From Flectonema sp. DT1601 (Eukaryota), in NCBI GenBank assembly GCA_964019425.1, contig OZ025793.1, positions 248,001 through 312,000 on the forward strand: a DNA stretch of 64,000 bases. Direction: 5' to 3'. Position numbers and translations under genes: made by a program. The notes under the pieces were generated by a model. The model had not been told where the DNA came from, made no database searches, and was given only the letters and a program-made list of their open reading frames with translations. Positions 52,512 to 64,000 of this stretch are shown here, one piece after another. Each line of letters begins with the position of its first letter. The stretch's first letter is position 1.

Positions 52512-54454
52512 TTTCCTCTTGGTAAATTAAACTGTTGAGAAAAAGTACGGTAGTCGGACAAGGAAACGCAAAAAGAAACGGGTGCACACTTTCACCTTCA
52601 AGAGCAGAACCCCTCCTTTGTGAGAGGCATCACTCACCGCATCTTATATCCTGAAGATAGTGCGGGGACGCAATGGAAAGAAACAAGTAGCCCACCACAT
52701 CCTGCCAAGTAAGTCCATTTGCTGTTAAAGGAGGCATTAGTATAGAATAAAGGACAAAACAAGTGATTGGAATCTTGGAACAAAGGGAGTATCCTGACTA
52801 CTGCACTGAAGTGGCAACAGCCAGGGCTGAGGAGTTCCTCTTCTCAAAACAAGGCAGAGATTGGTTTTCATGACTCTCGCAACCCTCCAACGCCTCTCAG
52901 AGATGTCTTCCCGACGAGAAGGGTTAATTAAAAGTTGCTCTTTTCGCTTACATTACAGATTGCTATCACAAAAGCAAGTGAGTGTACGACACGCAGGCAG
53001 ATGGCGACAGAAAGCATACAAACGACTACAATGAAGTTGGGAATAACAGAAAGCTCAGAGAATGTCAACGCTGTGTAGAATTAAGAAAGTATCCGCAACA
53101 CCCTTTTCGGGATTCGGAGTCCAGTGCCCTGGTATAATTCTATCATCATAGCAACAGGAAGATTAAAACAAGTGATTGGAATCTTGGAACAAAGGGAGTA
53201 TCCTGACTACTGCACTGAAGTGGCAACAGCCAGGGCTGAGGAGTTCCTCCCCCTCAAAACAAGGCAGAGATTGGTTTTCATGACTCTCGCAACCCTCCAA
53301 CGCCTCTCAGAGATGTCTTCCCGACGAGAAGGGTTAATTAAAAGTTGCTCTTTGTTTGTTTTTTCTTCTTTCCATATATTCAGGAATGATCTCCGAAGTG
53401 TTTCCCGCTGGAGAGAATACTTTCAACTCAACCCAGCAGAATTGCACTCCGTTCTACACGTGAACAGCAGTTTCTCGCAAACTCGACCAGACGAGAATCA
53501 AATAATAATATGATCTTTGACAACAGAGAGAGACCTCTGCAGCACAACAACAGCTGCAGGTCCTTGGGAGCCGTCACTACGAAAACAGGTTTCAGAGAGA
53601 GAGAGAGAGTGTGTGTGTGTGTGTGTGTTATTTGATGAAAGAGTATGTAGGATCACACCAAGGCACAGTAAACACATTTCAGAATAGTGTAGATGTGCTG
53701 GTTAAATGTGATTCTTACTTTGCTATTGCGCGGTTGATAATACTGTTGAATTGAGATCGGGCTCAGTGCAATCAGCCTGTCCAGCGCGTTTATTCAATCA
53801 TGAGATTCGTGAAACTTTTACACCTCAGTTTATGACATCACACAAGTTACGCGAGACATCGTCCCCTTACATTAATTATAATATACGAGAACTAAACCAC
53901 AGGAATCTAGGACCTCCTTACGATGCGTTATGAAATTAGTAGTCCACCACATCCTGCCAAGTAAGTCCATTTACTGTTGAAGGAGGCATTAGTATAGAAT
54001 AAAGGACAAAACAAGTGATTGGAATCTTGGAACAAAGGGAGTATCCCGACTACTGCACTGAAGTGGCAACAGCCAGGGCTGAGGAGTTCCTCCTCCTCAA
54101 AACAAGGCAGAGATTGGTTTTGAGATTGGTTTTCATGACTCTCGCAACCCTCCAACGCCTCTCAGAGATGTCTTCCCGACGAGAAGGGTTAATTAAAAGT
54201 TGCTCTTTGTTTCTTTCCATATATTCAAGAATGATCTCCGAAGTGTTTCCCGCTGGAGAGAATACTTTCAACTCAACCCAGCAGAATTGCACTCCGTTCT
54301 ACACGTGAACAGCAGTTTCTCGCAAACTCGACCAGACGAGAATCAAATAATAATATGATCTTTGACAACAGAGAGAGACCTCTGCAGCACAACAACAGCG
54401 GCAGGTCCTTGGGAGCCGTCACTACGAAAACAAAGCGTCTTTGCAAATCCCAAG

Positions 54455-54661
54455 AATTCGCAAACTCTTGTGAATCACTTCGTCAGTACCTTCAAGACAA
54501 CAACTCAACCCATTGTATCGTGAGCAGAATGACAAGTCTGCTGCCTCTTTCACACTCCTCGATATGCACTCATCTGCGCTGTATTCTCTCATGTCCACAT
54601 GAGATGTGTTGGTAGTACAAAATAACACAAACAGCGCTAAGCTAAGAAACTTCTCATTCAA
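54455..54661 (-). pseudogene. Second 5' fragment of the folate-receptor-like gene
   Basis: Copy of 50424-50630 at +4031. Confidence 0.85.
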
Positions 54662-55813
54662 AATAACAAAGTTTCGTGAAACTACTGAAAAGAATAAAAC
54701 ATTTTACAATACACATTATCACTCTCCTCTAAAACAAAAAGTATTTCGTAGAGAAAGCGTGTGACTTCATTTTCTTCTTGGCGGAGCAAACTGTCGTGAA
54801 AAAGTACGGTTGTCGGACACGGGAAAATGATGAAACGAAAAAATAAACAGCGCACACAGAGAGCAGAAGACCCCTCTTTCGCGGGAAGCACCACTCGCCC
54901 CATCTTATCTGGACACAAAAAACGATCACCGCGCGAACGCGGATGAAGATTTCATCATTGTTCCGTCCAGGGAGAGAGATTGAGAGAGAGGGAGAGTGTA
55001 CTTTACCAGAGGGCAACAAACTCACAGCGTAGTGGACAAGCTCATGCTTGCGCAACGAATCGTGACAAAAAGAGGAATTGCTTGGACAAAGAAAATTGGT
55101 TTTATCTTACACAGAAAATTGTACTATACACTGTGATGGTTTGTTTGTGCACGAAACCGTGAACCGACTTAAACTGACAAAGCTAAAAGAGGTTTACGTG
55201 TGCTGCCAACATTCTTCTTCTTTCTTGCATTACTTGTTGAATGCAAAAAAGAAAAAAGAAAGGAGAGGACAGTGGGGGGCCGCGATGCGCATTCGGACTC
55301 CCGATAGGTGTAGTTAAAAATTAAAAACAAACAAAAAGATATGGGAAAAGAAAACATCGGAAAACAGGAATCTATCCATGAGGTATTAAGGAAGTATGTT
55401 AATGAAAATAATTTTACCGACGCTGCCCTTCAACTTATTAATCTTATTGACTATGGACTGCTTATTGAATTATTCACAAAAACTATCGAGTGAACAAGTC
55501 GAAGACTTTGTAGTTTTTATTATCATTCCGATAGAGGAGGGGAGTAGTAGCATCCATTCACTTACTTTTGAACGACAACAAGTTTATTTCATTTTACAAG
55601 ACGAACCGAGGAGCGAGAAAACGAAAACCACCAACCAACCAACCAACCAAGGGGCGGCGGCATCCCAATTCTCACGCACGGATGGAATCGACTTCCTTGC
55701 TGACGAGTTCGGTCTCTGACTAGATGACTTTACGGAAAAGCAGGTGATGGAAGGTACTAAAACAATCAAGAATAGAGGCATATATGAGGTGATGATAAGT
55801 GTCGTGCGGTCGA

Positions 55814-56542
55814 TTACGGAGCTGACACTGCCGGCGTTGGTGGAAGTGGAAGCTGCGTGGCATCAGCGCAGTTCTTCGAACAAGTGGACTCCTGGTGTGG
55901 ACCCGATGGGTCTCGTTTACCACCACCACCAACAACAACGATCTGCTTTCCATCGCAAACCGGGTTGGTCTCTCCTGGGGACAAATTCCTAGTAAAGACA
56001 CCGACATACTTCCCAACCTTGGCCGGGCACACGATCTCTTCGGTTCTTCCAAGCGTGTGATGCAAGGTCTTGTAGTACACCAACATCGGATGGCTTGCCC
56101 CGCTGTTCTGGAACTTCGGCCCGCAGCTGCGAACTTCCCATCCGTTGTTCACGAGACCATCGAATCCTCCGTTGATGTCCCCCGAGCAACCAGGGCAGTG
56201 GTAGGTTACGATGTAGAAGACGCATTTGGCAGCGCAGGGGCATTCCAGCTTGATCGTGTCTCCGGTGCACGTGTCCCCGAAGATTCCCGAGGTCGGGACT
56301 CCAGGTGTCCCCAGATCCTGCGCGAAATCGTAGTACTTGCTCTGCGGGTGATTGCGCAAGAAATCGGGCACCATAGTAAGCGGGCTGTGCGATCCCCCAA
56401 CAGTCAACGACGGCAAAGTGGGAAAGGTTGACACTTTTGCGACTGACAACCCGTTGAGAAACACGCTAGGGGTACACGCGCTCTGGGCTCCTCCCAGCAT
56501 TCCCACCAATATCATTGACAACAAGGCTGCGTGTGCTTTCAT
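55814..56542 (-). CDS. Secreted hypothetical protein, copy 3
   Basis: Translation identical to 47752..48480. Confidence 0.85.
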   Translation of the reverse strand: MKAHAALLSMILVGMLGGAQSACTPSVFLNGLSVAKVSTFPTLPSLTVGGSHSPLTMVPDFLRNHPQSKYYDFAQDLGTPGVPTSGIFGDTCTGDTIKLECPCAAKCVFYIVTYHCPGCSGDINGGFDGLVNNGWEVRSCGPKFQNSGASHPMLVYYKTLHHTLGRTEEIVCPAKVGKYVGVFTRNLSPGETNPVCDGKQIVVVGGGGKRDPSGPHQESTCSKNCADATQLPLPPTPAVSAP

Positions 56543-58781
56543 TTTCCTCTTGGTAAATTAAACTGTTGAGAAAAAGTACGGTAGTCGGACAAGGAAACGC
56601 AAAAAGAAACGGGTGCACACTTTCACCTTCAAGAGCAGAACCCCTCCTTTGTGAGAGGCATCACTCACCGCATCTTATATCCTGAAGATAGTGCGGGGAC
56701 GCAATGGAAAGAAACAAGTAGCCCACCACATCCTGCCAAGTAAGTCCATTTGCTGTTAAAGGAGGCATTAGTATAGAATAAAGGACAAAACAAGTGATTG
56801 GAATCTTGGAACAAAGGGAGTATCCTGACTACTGCACTGAAGTGGCAACAGCCAGGGCTGAGGAGTTCCTCTTCTCAAAACAAGGCAGAGATTGGTTTTC
56901 ATGACTCTCGCAACCCTCCAACGCCTCTCAGAGATGTCTTCCCGACGAGAAGGGTTAATTAAAAGTTGCTCTTTTCGCTTACATTACAGATTGCTATCAC
57001 AAAAGCAAGTGAGTGTACGACACGCAGGCAGATGGCGACAGAAAGCATACAAACGACTACAATGAAGTTGGGAATAACAGAAAGCTCAGAGAATGTCAAC
57101 GCTGTGTAGAATTAAGAAAGTATCCGCAACACCCTTTTCGGGATTCGGAGTCCAGTGCCCTGGTATAATTCTATCATCATAGCAACAGGAAGATTAAAAC
57201 AAGTGATTGGAATCTTGGAACAAAGGGAGTATCCTGACTACTGCACTGAAGTGGCAACAGCCAGGGCTGAGGAGTTCCTCCCCCTCAAAACAAGGCAGAG
57301 ATTGGTTTTCATGACTCTCGCAACCCTCCAACGCCTCTCAGAGATGTCTTCCCGACGAGAAGGGTTAATTAAAAGTTGCTCTTTGTTTGTTTTTTCTTCT
57401 TTCCATATATTCAGGAATGATCTCCGAAGTGTTTCCCGCTGGAGAGAATACTTTCAACTCAACCCAGCAGAATTGCACTCCGTTCTACACGTGAACAGCA
57501 GTTTCTCGCAAACTCGACCAGACGAGAATCAAATAATAATATGATCTTTGACAACAGAGAGAGACCTCTGCAGCACAACAACAGCTGCAGGTCCTTGGGA
57601 GCCGTCACTACGAAAACAGGTTTCAGAGAGAGAGAGTGTGTGTGTGTGTGTGTGTGTGTTATTTGATGAAAGAGTATGTAGGATCACACCAAGGCACAGT
57701 AAACACATTTCAGAATAGTGTAGATGTGCTGGTTAAATGTGATTCTTACTTTGCTATTGCGCGGTTGATAATACTGTTGAATTGAGATCGGGCTCAGTGC
57801 AATCAGCCTGTCCAGCGCGTTTATTCAATCATGAGATTCGTGAAACTTTTACACCTCAGTTTATGACATCACACAAGTTACGCGAGACATCGTCCCCTTA
57901 CATTAATTATAATATACGAGAACTAAACCACAGGTATCTAGGACCTCCTTACGATGCGTTATGAAATTAGTAGTCCACCACATCCTGCCAAGTAAGTCCA
58001 TTTACTGTTGAAGGAGGCATTAGTATAGAATAAAGGACAAAACAAGTGATTGGAATCTTGGAACAAAGGGAGTATCCCGACTACTGCACTGAAGTGGCAA
58101 CAGCCAGGGCTGAGGAGTTCCTCCTCCTCAAAACAAGGCAGAGATTGGTTTTCATGACTCTCGCAACCCTCCAACGCCTCTCAGAGATGTCTTCCCGACG
58201 AGAAGGGTTAATTAAAAGTTGCCAAGGGTCAATAAGTAAAAGGTGAAACCTGTACGAAGAACATGTGTAACAAAAGAGACTGCCTTATTAACATAAAACT
58301 ATGAAACTTTTTTTTTTTTTTTTTTTAAAAACTAATGTCAGGCCAGCAATTACAGAACAAAACTAAAAGAAAGTAACATATATTTTGAAGGAGCGAGTCT
58401 ACAATAAAAAAAAAGGGCTTCACTTCACCCAATGAAGGTACTTCGAATTGCCTGCAGACCAAAGTGACTTCCTACTGTATGTTCTGGTATGAAATTCTTA
58501 AACGACAGTCAAAAACAGTCATCAAGCTACCTAACAAAGAGAGCTACAAATAAAGGAGACATAAAGAAGGCCATTGTTCTTCTTCAAAAGAAGAGTTTAA
58601 GAAGGCTAATAAAAATAAAATAAGAAACGAGAAAACGGGGAGAAATGAAAAAAAAAAAAAAAAAAGTTGTTTATATCAGACCGAAATTGTGGAATTTTCT
58701 TTTTTTTTTTTTTTTTTACAATCTGGTTGTTTCGAATATATATTTTAAAAGAAAAGAAAGAGAGGGAGCAACAAAACCTTT

Positions 58782-59538
58782 CTAATCAAGACGCGCATCT
58801 GCCATCTCAACAGAATCATCTTCAAAACCAACATGATCGTGTGAAATTAATCTTAATTTACGAACAATAAGATAAACCGACCCGTATATAATACCCACCT
58901 GTTTTTTGTTTTTTTTTTTTATTTGTTTCGAAATATAATTTCTTTTGATCTAATTAATGTTAACAAACACATACTGCAATAAAAACAATCGAAACAATTA
59001 GTGAAGGACCGCTGAGTTGAGGATCACGAGTGTTCCAATCACAGAATCGGACCTCAGTTGGCATCGTGACAGCTGATTGTTTGATGCAGCATTTGAATGG
59101 CGTTCCAGCTGGTTTTCCGTATGTCGCAAGGAACTGGTCGACAACTGTTCCAGAACGTTCGTATTCATGTGCTTTGATGTGAGAATAGCAATTCGAAATG
59201 ATGTCACTGTAGTCTCCATAACTGTACTTGACTTCAATGGTTCCAAGATATTCCCAAGGACAGGGCTCACCATCACATCCATTGGGATCTACGTCATCTG
59301 CTGGTCGGTACTCTCTGCCTAACTTACCATTTTTTCCTGTTGTGACACATGGCACTTCTGTATCCATTTCTGATACAAGTGATGACCACTCATTGCGTTC
59401 CTTTATTTCTTTTATTCCTTCAATTCCTAATATTCCAATACCAACCACAACCATTGACATTACCATACAGGCACTGCATCTGAAACACCAAGGCTTCCAT
59501 GATTCCCACTCCTCGTGACCATCAAATCGACCCAACAT
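58782..59538 (-). CDS. Two-TM protein with Cys-rich extracellular loop; 2 exons (59538-58975, 58898-58782)
   Basis: A GCA|GTATGT..AAAAAACAG|GTG intron completes the second TM: IVSIVFIA|VGIIYGSVYLIVRKLR..MADARLD*. Confidence 0.8.
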
Positions 59539-59990
59539 GTCTGTAGTAGGTGTGAGTGTTGTTCTGTTTGAATTATATGAAAGTTAAGACAGGTTTTTAT
59601 TTTTTGTTTTTTTTTGTTTTTTTTGATTGAAATCTACTCATCAAAGAGTTGGAGAAGTACAACGTCGTCAACCGACGTCAAATAAAACAAATTCGAAGAA
59701 CAGACAAGGGAGAGATATCCCAGTCGACTCAAAGTACGTCCTCGCTCTACTAACTCAACGAGAGTTATAAAGCACTAGACGGGTTCTGATGAAGGCAATC
59801 ACTACTAAACCTTCGGGTAAGAAGTATAGTTACGGACAGTGAAGTCGGATGAGCATTTCACTCTTATTCTAATCGTAAAACACGCTGCGGTGGTGTTCTG
59901 TTACCCTCTTGGATTATATTGCGAGAGAGCAGAAGCTACGATACCAAAGCGATCAGATGAAAGAGAACTACTTCCAGTTGCTGAAGCATC

Positions 59991-60515
59991 TCATCGATTA
60001 GGAGTTCGAATATCATCACCGCCGTACATCCTTCGAAGCGACTGAACAGATGGCGCCGTAGTATTGACAACAACACCGGGCCCTGGAGGTGGAGGAGGAA
60101 CTCGCTTCTGTGGTACTTCATTCGAAAGAGGAGCGGGTGGGTTATTTTTACGAGCAGCGATAGCTTCCTTCGCCAACTCCTGGACTCGCTCTGCTTCTAT
60201 CTCTTCCTCAATAAAGTTCGCTTCCTCTTCTTCTTCAAAAGCTGATAATCTCTGAATAAACATATCGTGCATCTTGCGAGCTTCAGGATGGATTCGAAGC
60301 TCTTCTCCTTCGTAGCCGGCTACTCTTGATATCAGTCTTCTACTAGTCATAATCTTTATAAGAGATTGTAGTTGATCAGCTCCCCAATCTGACCATTCAT
60401 CTCTGAGTGATGAATACTTTAAAAACACGACGTCATGACGAAGGTCTCCAATCGCCTCAGCCAACTCGAGAAGATGGCCAACGAAGTCGTTGACCCAATT
60501 CTCTGTGGGAGTCAT
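59991..60515 (-). CDS. Hypothetical protein with Costars-like segment and polyproline; paralog of 20746..21231
   Basis: Shares RRLISRVAGYEGEEL, SAFEEEEE.NFIEEE and PSV.SLRRMYGGDD.R with the paralog. Confidence 0.85.
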   Translation of the reverse strand: MTPTENWVNDFVGHLLELAEAIGDLRHDVVFLKYSSLRDEWSDWGADQLQSLIKIMTSRRLISRVAGYEGEELRIHPEARKMHDMFIQRLSAFEEEEEANFIEEEIEAERVQELAKEAIAARKNNPPAPLSNEVPQKRVPPPPPGPGVVVNTTAPSVQSLRRMYGGDDIRTPNR

Positions 60516-62232
60516 TTTCTTACCCCTGAGAACTGACGAATTAATTTTAATTAAATAAAAAAGTTATATTTTATAATCTGCTTGGGCTCACGTACCTACT
60601 TGTCGGTGAAAACACTCCCAAAGCAATCCGAAAAACAAAGCAACAGATCTCCCAACTTCTACTCAAAGAGTCAATCAAGAATAGCTGTAAAAGGGGAGTG
60701 ACTTGATACTATGATTAAATATAAAGCAACTTGAAGGGGAGGAATAAGAGTTTGGTGAAAACACTTTACTCAGACCTCACAGAATAAGCAACCCATTGGT
60801 CGAGGGGGCGCTAGGAAGTACCACTGCTGCTATTCTTCTCGTTCTTAAATTCTTTTGATTGAATGTGGGTGACACGAGAGCTCAATGAAAGCTTGAAGAG
60901 GAAGTTCCCTCACAAAGAGTTCACATTGAAGGACGTCAAGTGTACCAACAGGCCGAAGATTGCAAAAATATGCCGCATCAAATTTATTAACTCGATACAA
61001 AGATCACGACCAGTGAAGCAAAAAGCTAAAATAAAACATTCGATTTTAAATAATTCCTGCAGCGAAAAAGTCTGTTATTGCAGACAAAAAAAAAAAAAAA
61101 AAAAAGTCGCTCATGTGCTACTGAGGATTAGTATATGCAATACGTATTTACCAAAAAGCGACAGATGATCAATTGTTTTACCCTACGAGAATAAAAGACT
61201 CAAGGCGATAATAAAGGAATCGAAAAACAAACAGTACGCACACTGACTGTAAAGCGGTATTCAAAAGAAACGATTTGAAGGGAAGGAGTTAGACAGAATA
61301 CTACACCGATCTACTAGACTTGCACTTCATTAACAACTAACAGAAAATGTTTGTTTTTTGAGGTGGAGTTTGATAGTATGACAGATGTACTTAATTGTAA
61401 ACTTTAGAAATTACTTTTTTAAAAAATAAAAATAAAAAAGTAATATAGAAAAAAAAAAGTTTTTAAAATGAGAAAAAGGGAGTGAAGGATAAATCACACA
61501 CAAAATACTAGCAAATCCTTGGTGTATATAAAGTACAGTAAAAAAATAAAAAATAAAAAAAGCACACATTTTTACGTCCAAATCTAACCAGGCAGCAAGA
61601 ATGACCGCCAAAAAAAAACAAAGGTAGAGATGGCTGAAATCAGTTTGCCTTGACTCCATAAAAACAAAAAATAAAAAGAGGAAAAGAAATTTATCGTTTT
61701 TTGTAGTATATCTGGCTAATATTTCCCCCTTTTTTTCTCGGAGGGCCTTTTTTTTTTTTTTTTTTTTTTTCAATTTTTTAGACGGTATTGTTAAGAACAA
61801 AATAGTAAGGAAAGTTTCGTTCACAATCAAATGACCGGGGACGATCAAGTTCGAGTCCGGACAGGGTTCTTTTTTTTTTGTTTCCCCTTTTTTTTTTTAA
61901 AAAAAAACTTCCCTCACTCGCGTGAACTGTTGGCGTGACTTATAAAAGAAAAATATAAATTCGAACAAGAAAAAAAAAAAACGAAAAACTGAAAGAAAGA
62001 ACCGAATTGTGTTTGTGCACTGGAAAAGTTTTTTTTTTTTTTTCGTTTTCTAAAATAAATTTTGGTCAGAAAAAATAATTTATCCTTTTTTGTACATCTA
62101 GGAAAGACTCCTCGGCAACAACACATTTAAGAGCTGAGTGGCGAAGTGTTCTTTCAAGCAGTTCTTTACAACCGACTTTTGTCTTTACTTCGTTCTCACT
62201 GAAGTAGTTCTGCAATAAGAGTTGCCGAATTA

Positions 62233-64000
62233 CTACGAAATGGGTCTTCTGTCTTGAAGCATTCTGACAGGTGATTTAGAGTGACGTATTCTGGGAGTGA
62301 AGCCCACTGAAGATCTAATAAAGTTGACAGCCTTCTTGCGAGGAGTGTTACGAGCAGCTGCCGTAACCATCGTGAGACGGGCGCCAACTCTACTTCTGAT
62401 GTGAAGTTCTTTTTCGAGGATTTGCTGCCGAAGACTCAGCTCTCTATTCTGAAGTGAAGGTACAGTCAGATCAAACGAACGAGTTGCAATTGGTGCCAAG
62501 GCGAGTATGGTAGGACGGGATCTGGTTCGCTGTACTTCAACAATACGTCTGACAGCTATCCTTTCACGAAGTTCTTTATCGCGAGATAGTAATCTAATTC
62601 TATCATCACGTTCTGCTTCTAATAACCTCCCAGCAATATGATGAAGAGAACTATGCAACTGAGCATGTCTCCAACTTGAATCTACTGGTGATCTATTCTT
62701 GGCTAAGGCTCTAGCAGGACTTCCCTGAAGAGGAATTGCAGATGCCGGACGCTGAGTCTCTTCCGTAACGTGTCGTGATATCGGTGCTGAACTGATTCGA
62801 TGCCTCAAAGTCACTCGTCTTCTCGCAACTTCAGCCTTTGCTTGTAATATGTCTGTAAAACAATTTATTAAAGGTTTCTGAAATAACTTATCGCTGCTGC
62901 CTTTCCGATGATCTATTTCTTTGAGCTCTGATACAATCACTGCCGCTGTACTTGGTCGTCTGGTTGGAATTGTGTTCAGCAGCTTCTTCCTTCGACGAAT
63001 TACTTCCATCTTTGCGAGGTATCGTAATCCGTATTTTCTCATTATTTGAATCATGCGGTCCTCCTCTTTTGGAAGTTCTACTACTTCCTGGTACGTAATT
63101 GAGGGCTTTCTCAATTTCCTAATGTTCGCGGCCTTCTTGCGTCGGACAAGTTCCATCTTAGCCAAGTAGCGTCTTCCAAATTTCTGCATCAGTTTTACAG
63201 CACTCTCTTGGATATGCAGGTCAGGTGATGGGGAACTTTGAGCTAGTGGACTTCTAGAGTGTGCGCCAGTTATACTTTTCATCACTGCTCGTTTCCTTCT
63301 ACGCAGTTCCATTTTTGCGAGGTATCGTCTGCCGAACTTCTGCATTAGATGCAGCATTCGCTGCTCCTTAAGATCAGATGAGTGAGTACCTTTCCTAATT
63401 GAAGTAGTGCGACTATTAGATCTCGACTGAGGGATATTACAACCAGCCAACTGCTCATCTCGAAGAAGAAGTTTTCGTCGGGCTCTTCTCTTTCGGCGGA
63501 GTTCCATCTTCGCGAGGTATCGGCGGCCAAATTTCTGCATGAGGCAGAACGCCCTTTGTTGCTTAACAAGGAAAGGTTTGTCATCAGCAGGTTTAAAAGC
63601 AGACATGTCCTGTTGAGACTGAGAAGGTCTGCGAGGGGCATCACAACCAGCCAACTGCTCGTCTCGAAGAAGAAGCTTTCGCCTGGCACGCCGCCTTCGG
63701 TGAAGTTCCATTTTTGCAAGGTAGCGGCGGCCAAATTTTTGCATCAAATGGAGTGCTGCAGTTCCAAAAGCTGTATCATCGACAGGTGACAGTATTGAAA
63801 AGTCTTCTGACGCTGACGGCCTGCGAGGTGCTGTAATTCTTCTTCCCTTCCGCCTTCGTCGAAGTTCCATCTTCGCAAGATACCTGCGGCCATACTTTTG
63901 TGTTAACAAGACGGCATGTGCTTCAGGTACTTCAGATAATTTGAGTCCATGAAATCCGTGAAGTTCTAATTCCATTCTTTTATTTGATAACTTCCTCTTT
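62233..64000 (-). CDS. Basic protein with six or more IQ-like repeats; probably 5'-truncated by the window edge
   Basis: Repeated (L/I)MQKFGRRYLAKMELxRR. The frame stays open upstream of 63975 (KRKLSNKR) to the window end. Confidence 0.85.
   Translation of the reverse strand, partial: KRKLSNKRMELELHGFHGLKLSEVPEAHAVLLTQKYGRRYLAKMELRRRRKGRRITAPRRPSASEDFSILSPVDDTAFGTAALHLMQKFGRRYLAKMELHRRRRARRKLLLRDEQLAGCDAPRRPSQSQQDMSAFKPADDKPFLVKQQRAFCLMQKFGRRYLAKMELRRKRRARRKLLLRDEQLAGCNIPQSRSNSRTTSIRKGTHSSDLKEQRMLHLMQKFGRRYLAKMELRRRKRAVMKSITGAHSRSPLAQSSPSPDLHIQESAVKLMQKFGRRYLAKMELVRRKKAANIRKLRKPSITYQEVVELPKEEDRMIQIMRKYGLRYLAKMEVIRRRKKLLNTIPTRRPSTAAVIVSELKEIDHRKGSSDKLFQKPLINCFTDILQAKAEVARRRVTLRHRISSAPISRHVTEETQRPASAIPLQGSPARALAKNRSPVDSSWRHAQLHSSLHHIAGRLLEAERDDRIRLLSRDKELRERIAVRRIVEVQRTRSRPTILALAPIATRSFDLTVPSLQNRELSLRQQILEKELHIRSRVGARLTMVTAAARNTPRKKAVNFIRSSVGFTPRIRHSKSPVRMLQDRRPIS

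Larger units (their letters stand above)
46525..58222. repeat. Tandem segmental amplification with a 4031-bp unit, about 3 copies (GC-rich gene, snoRNA cluster and gene fragment)
   Basis: Identical ORFs at 47752, 51783 and 55814. Sequence is near-identical over about 47186-58222; 50424-51060 is a diverged copy of 46525-47185. Confidence 0.97.

Noticed and set aside
8707..58222. CRISPR array or spliced-leader RNA/5S rRNA gene array
   Set aside because: There are no short repeats with unique spacers, and the context is eukaryotic. I found no euglenozoan SL exon (..ACAGTTTCTGTACTTTATTG-GT) or 5S sequence in the units.
58490..58580. Possible signal-peptide exon (MAFFMSPLFVALFV) that would make the 46.7-58.2 kb array intronic
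   Set aside because: The donor GTAGCT is non-consensus, the downstream genes have their own ATG and signal peptides, and I found no matching acceptor exon.

Overview
AT-rich eukaryotic genomic DNA, most likely from a euglenozoan and probably a diplonemid. That call is inferred from three things: all credible genes lie head-to-tail on the minus strand, GT-AG cis-introns are sparse but present, and single-hairpin AGA-box H/ACA RNAs occur. About 29 protein genes or gene copies are supported, including class I fumarate hydratase, PTC7-like PP2C, type-B carboxylesterase, a USP deubiquitinase, a TMCO4/DUF726 protein, Puf6/PUM3, a PILS-like carrier, PPR, CCCH, PH and IQ proteins, and secreted Cys-rich proteins. 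The main discovery is that the dispersed repeat at 8.7-10.8, 27.5-30.0 and 48.7-58.2 kb, which produces many junk ORFs, is a polycistronic snoRNA cassette on the minus strand. It holds two box C/D RNAs and five single-hairpin AGA-box RNAs. Two of them have recognisable LSU rRNA targets. Near-identical but reshuffled copies sit inside large predicted introns of two unrelated genes and inside a 4031-bp tandem amplification that carries a GC-rich secreted-protein gene. Several module junctions fall at the predicted mature snoRNA 3' ends. Other points of interest are a shared unnamed 'WTR' juxtamembrane domain in four genes, a TMCO4 hydrolase with four aegerolysin-like repeats, a Costars-like paralog pair, and A/C-rich cis-intron acceptors. 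All folds, splice models and homologies were read by eye; nothing was computed or searched.
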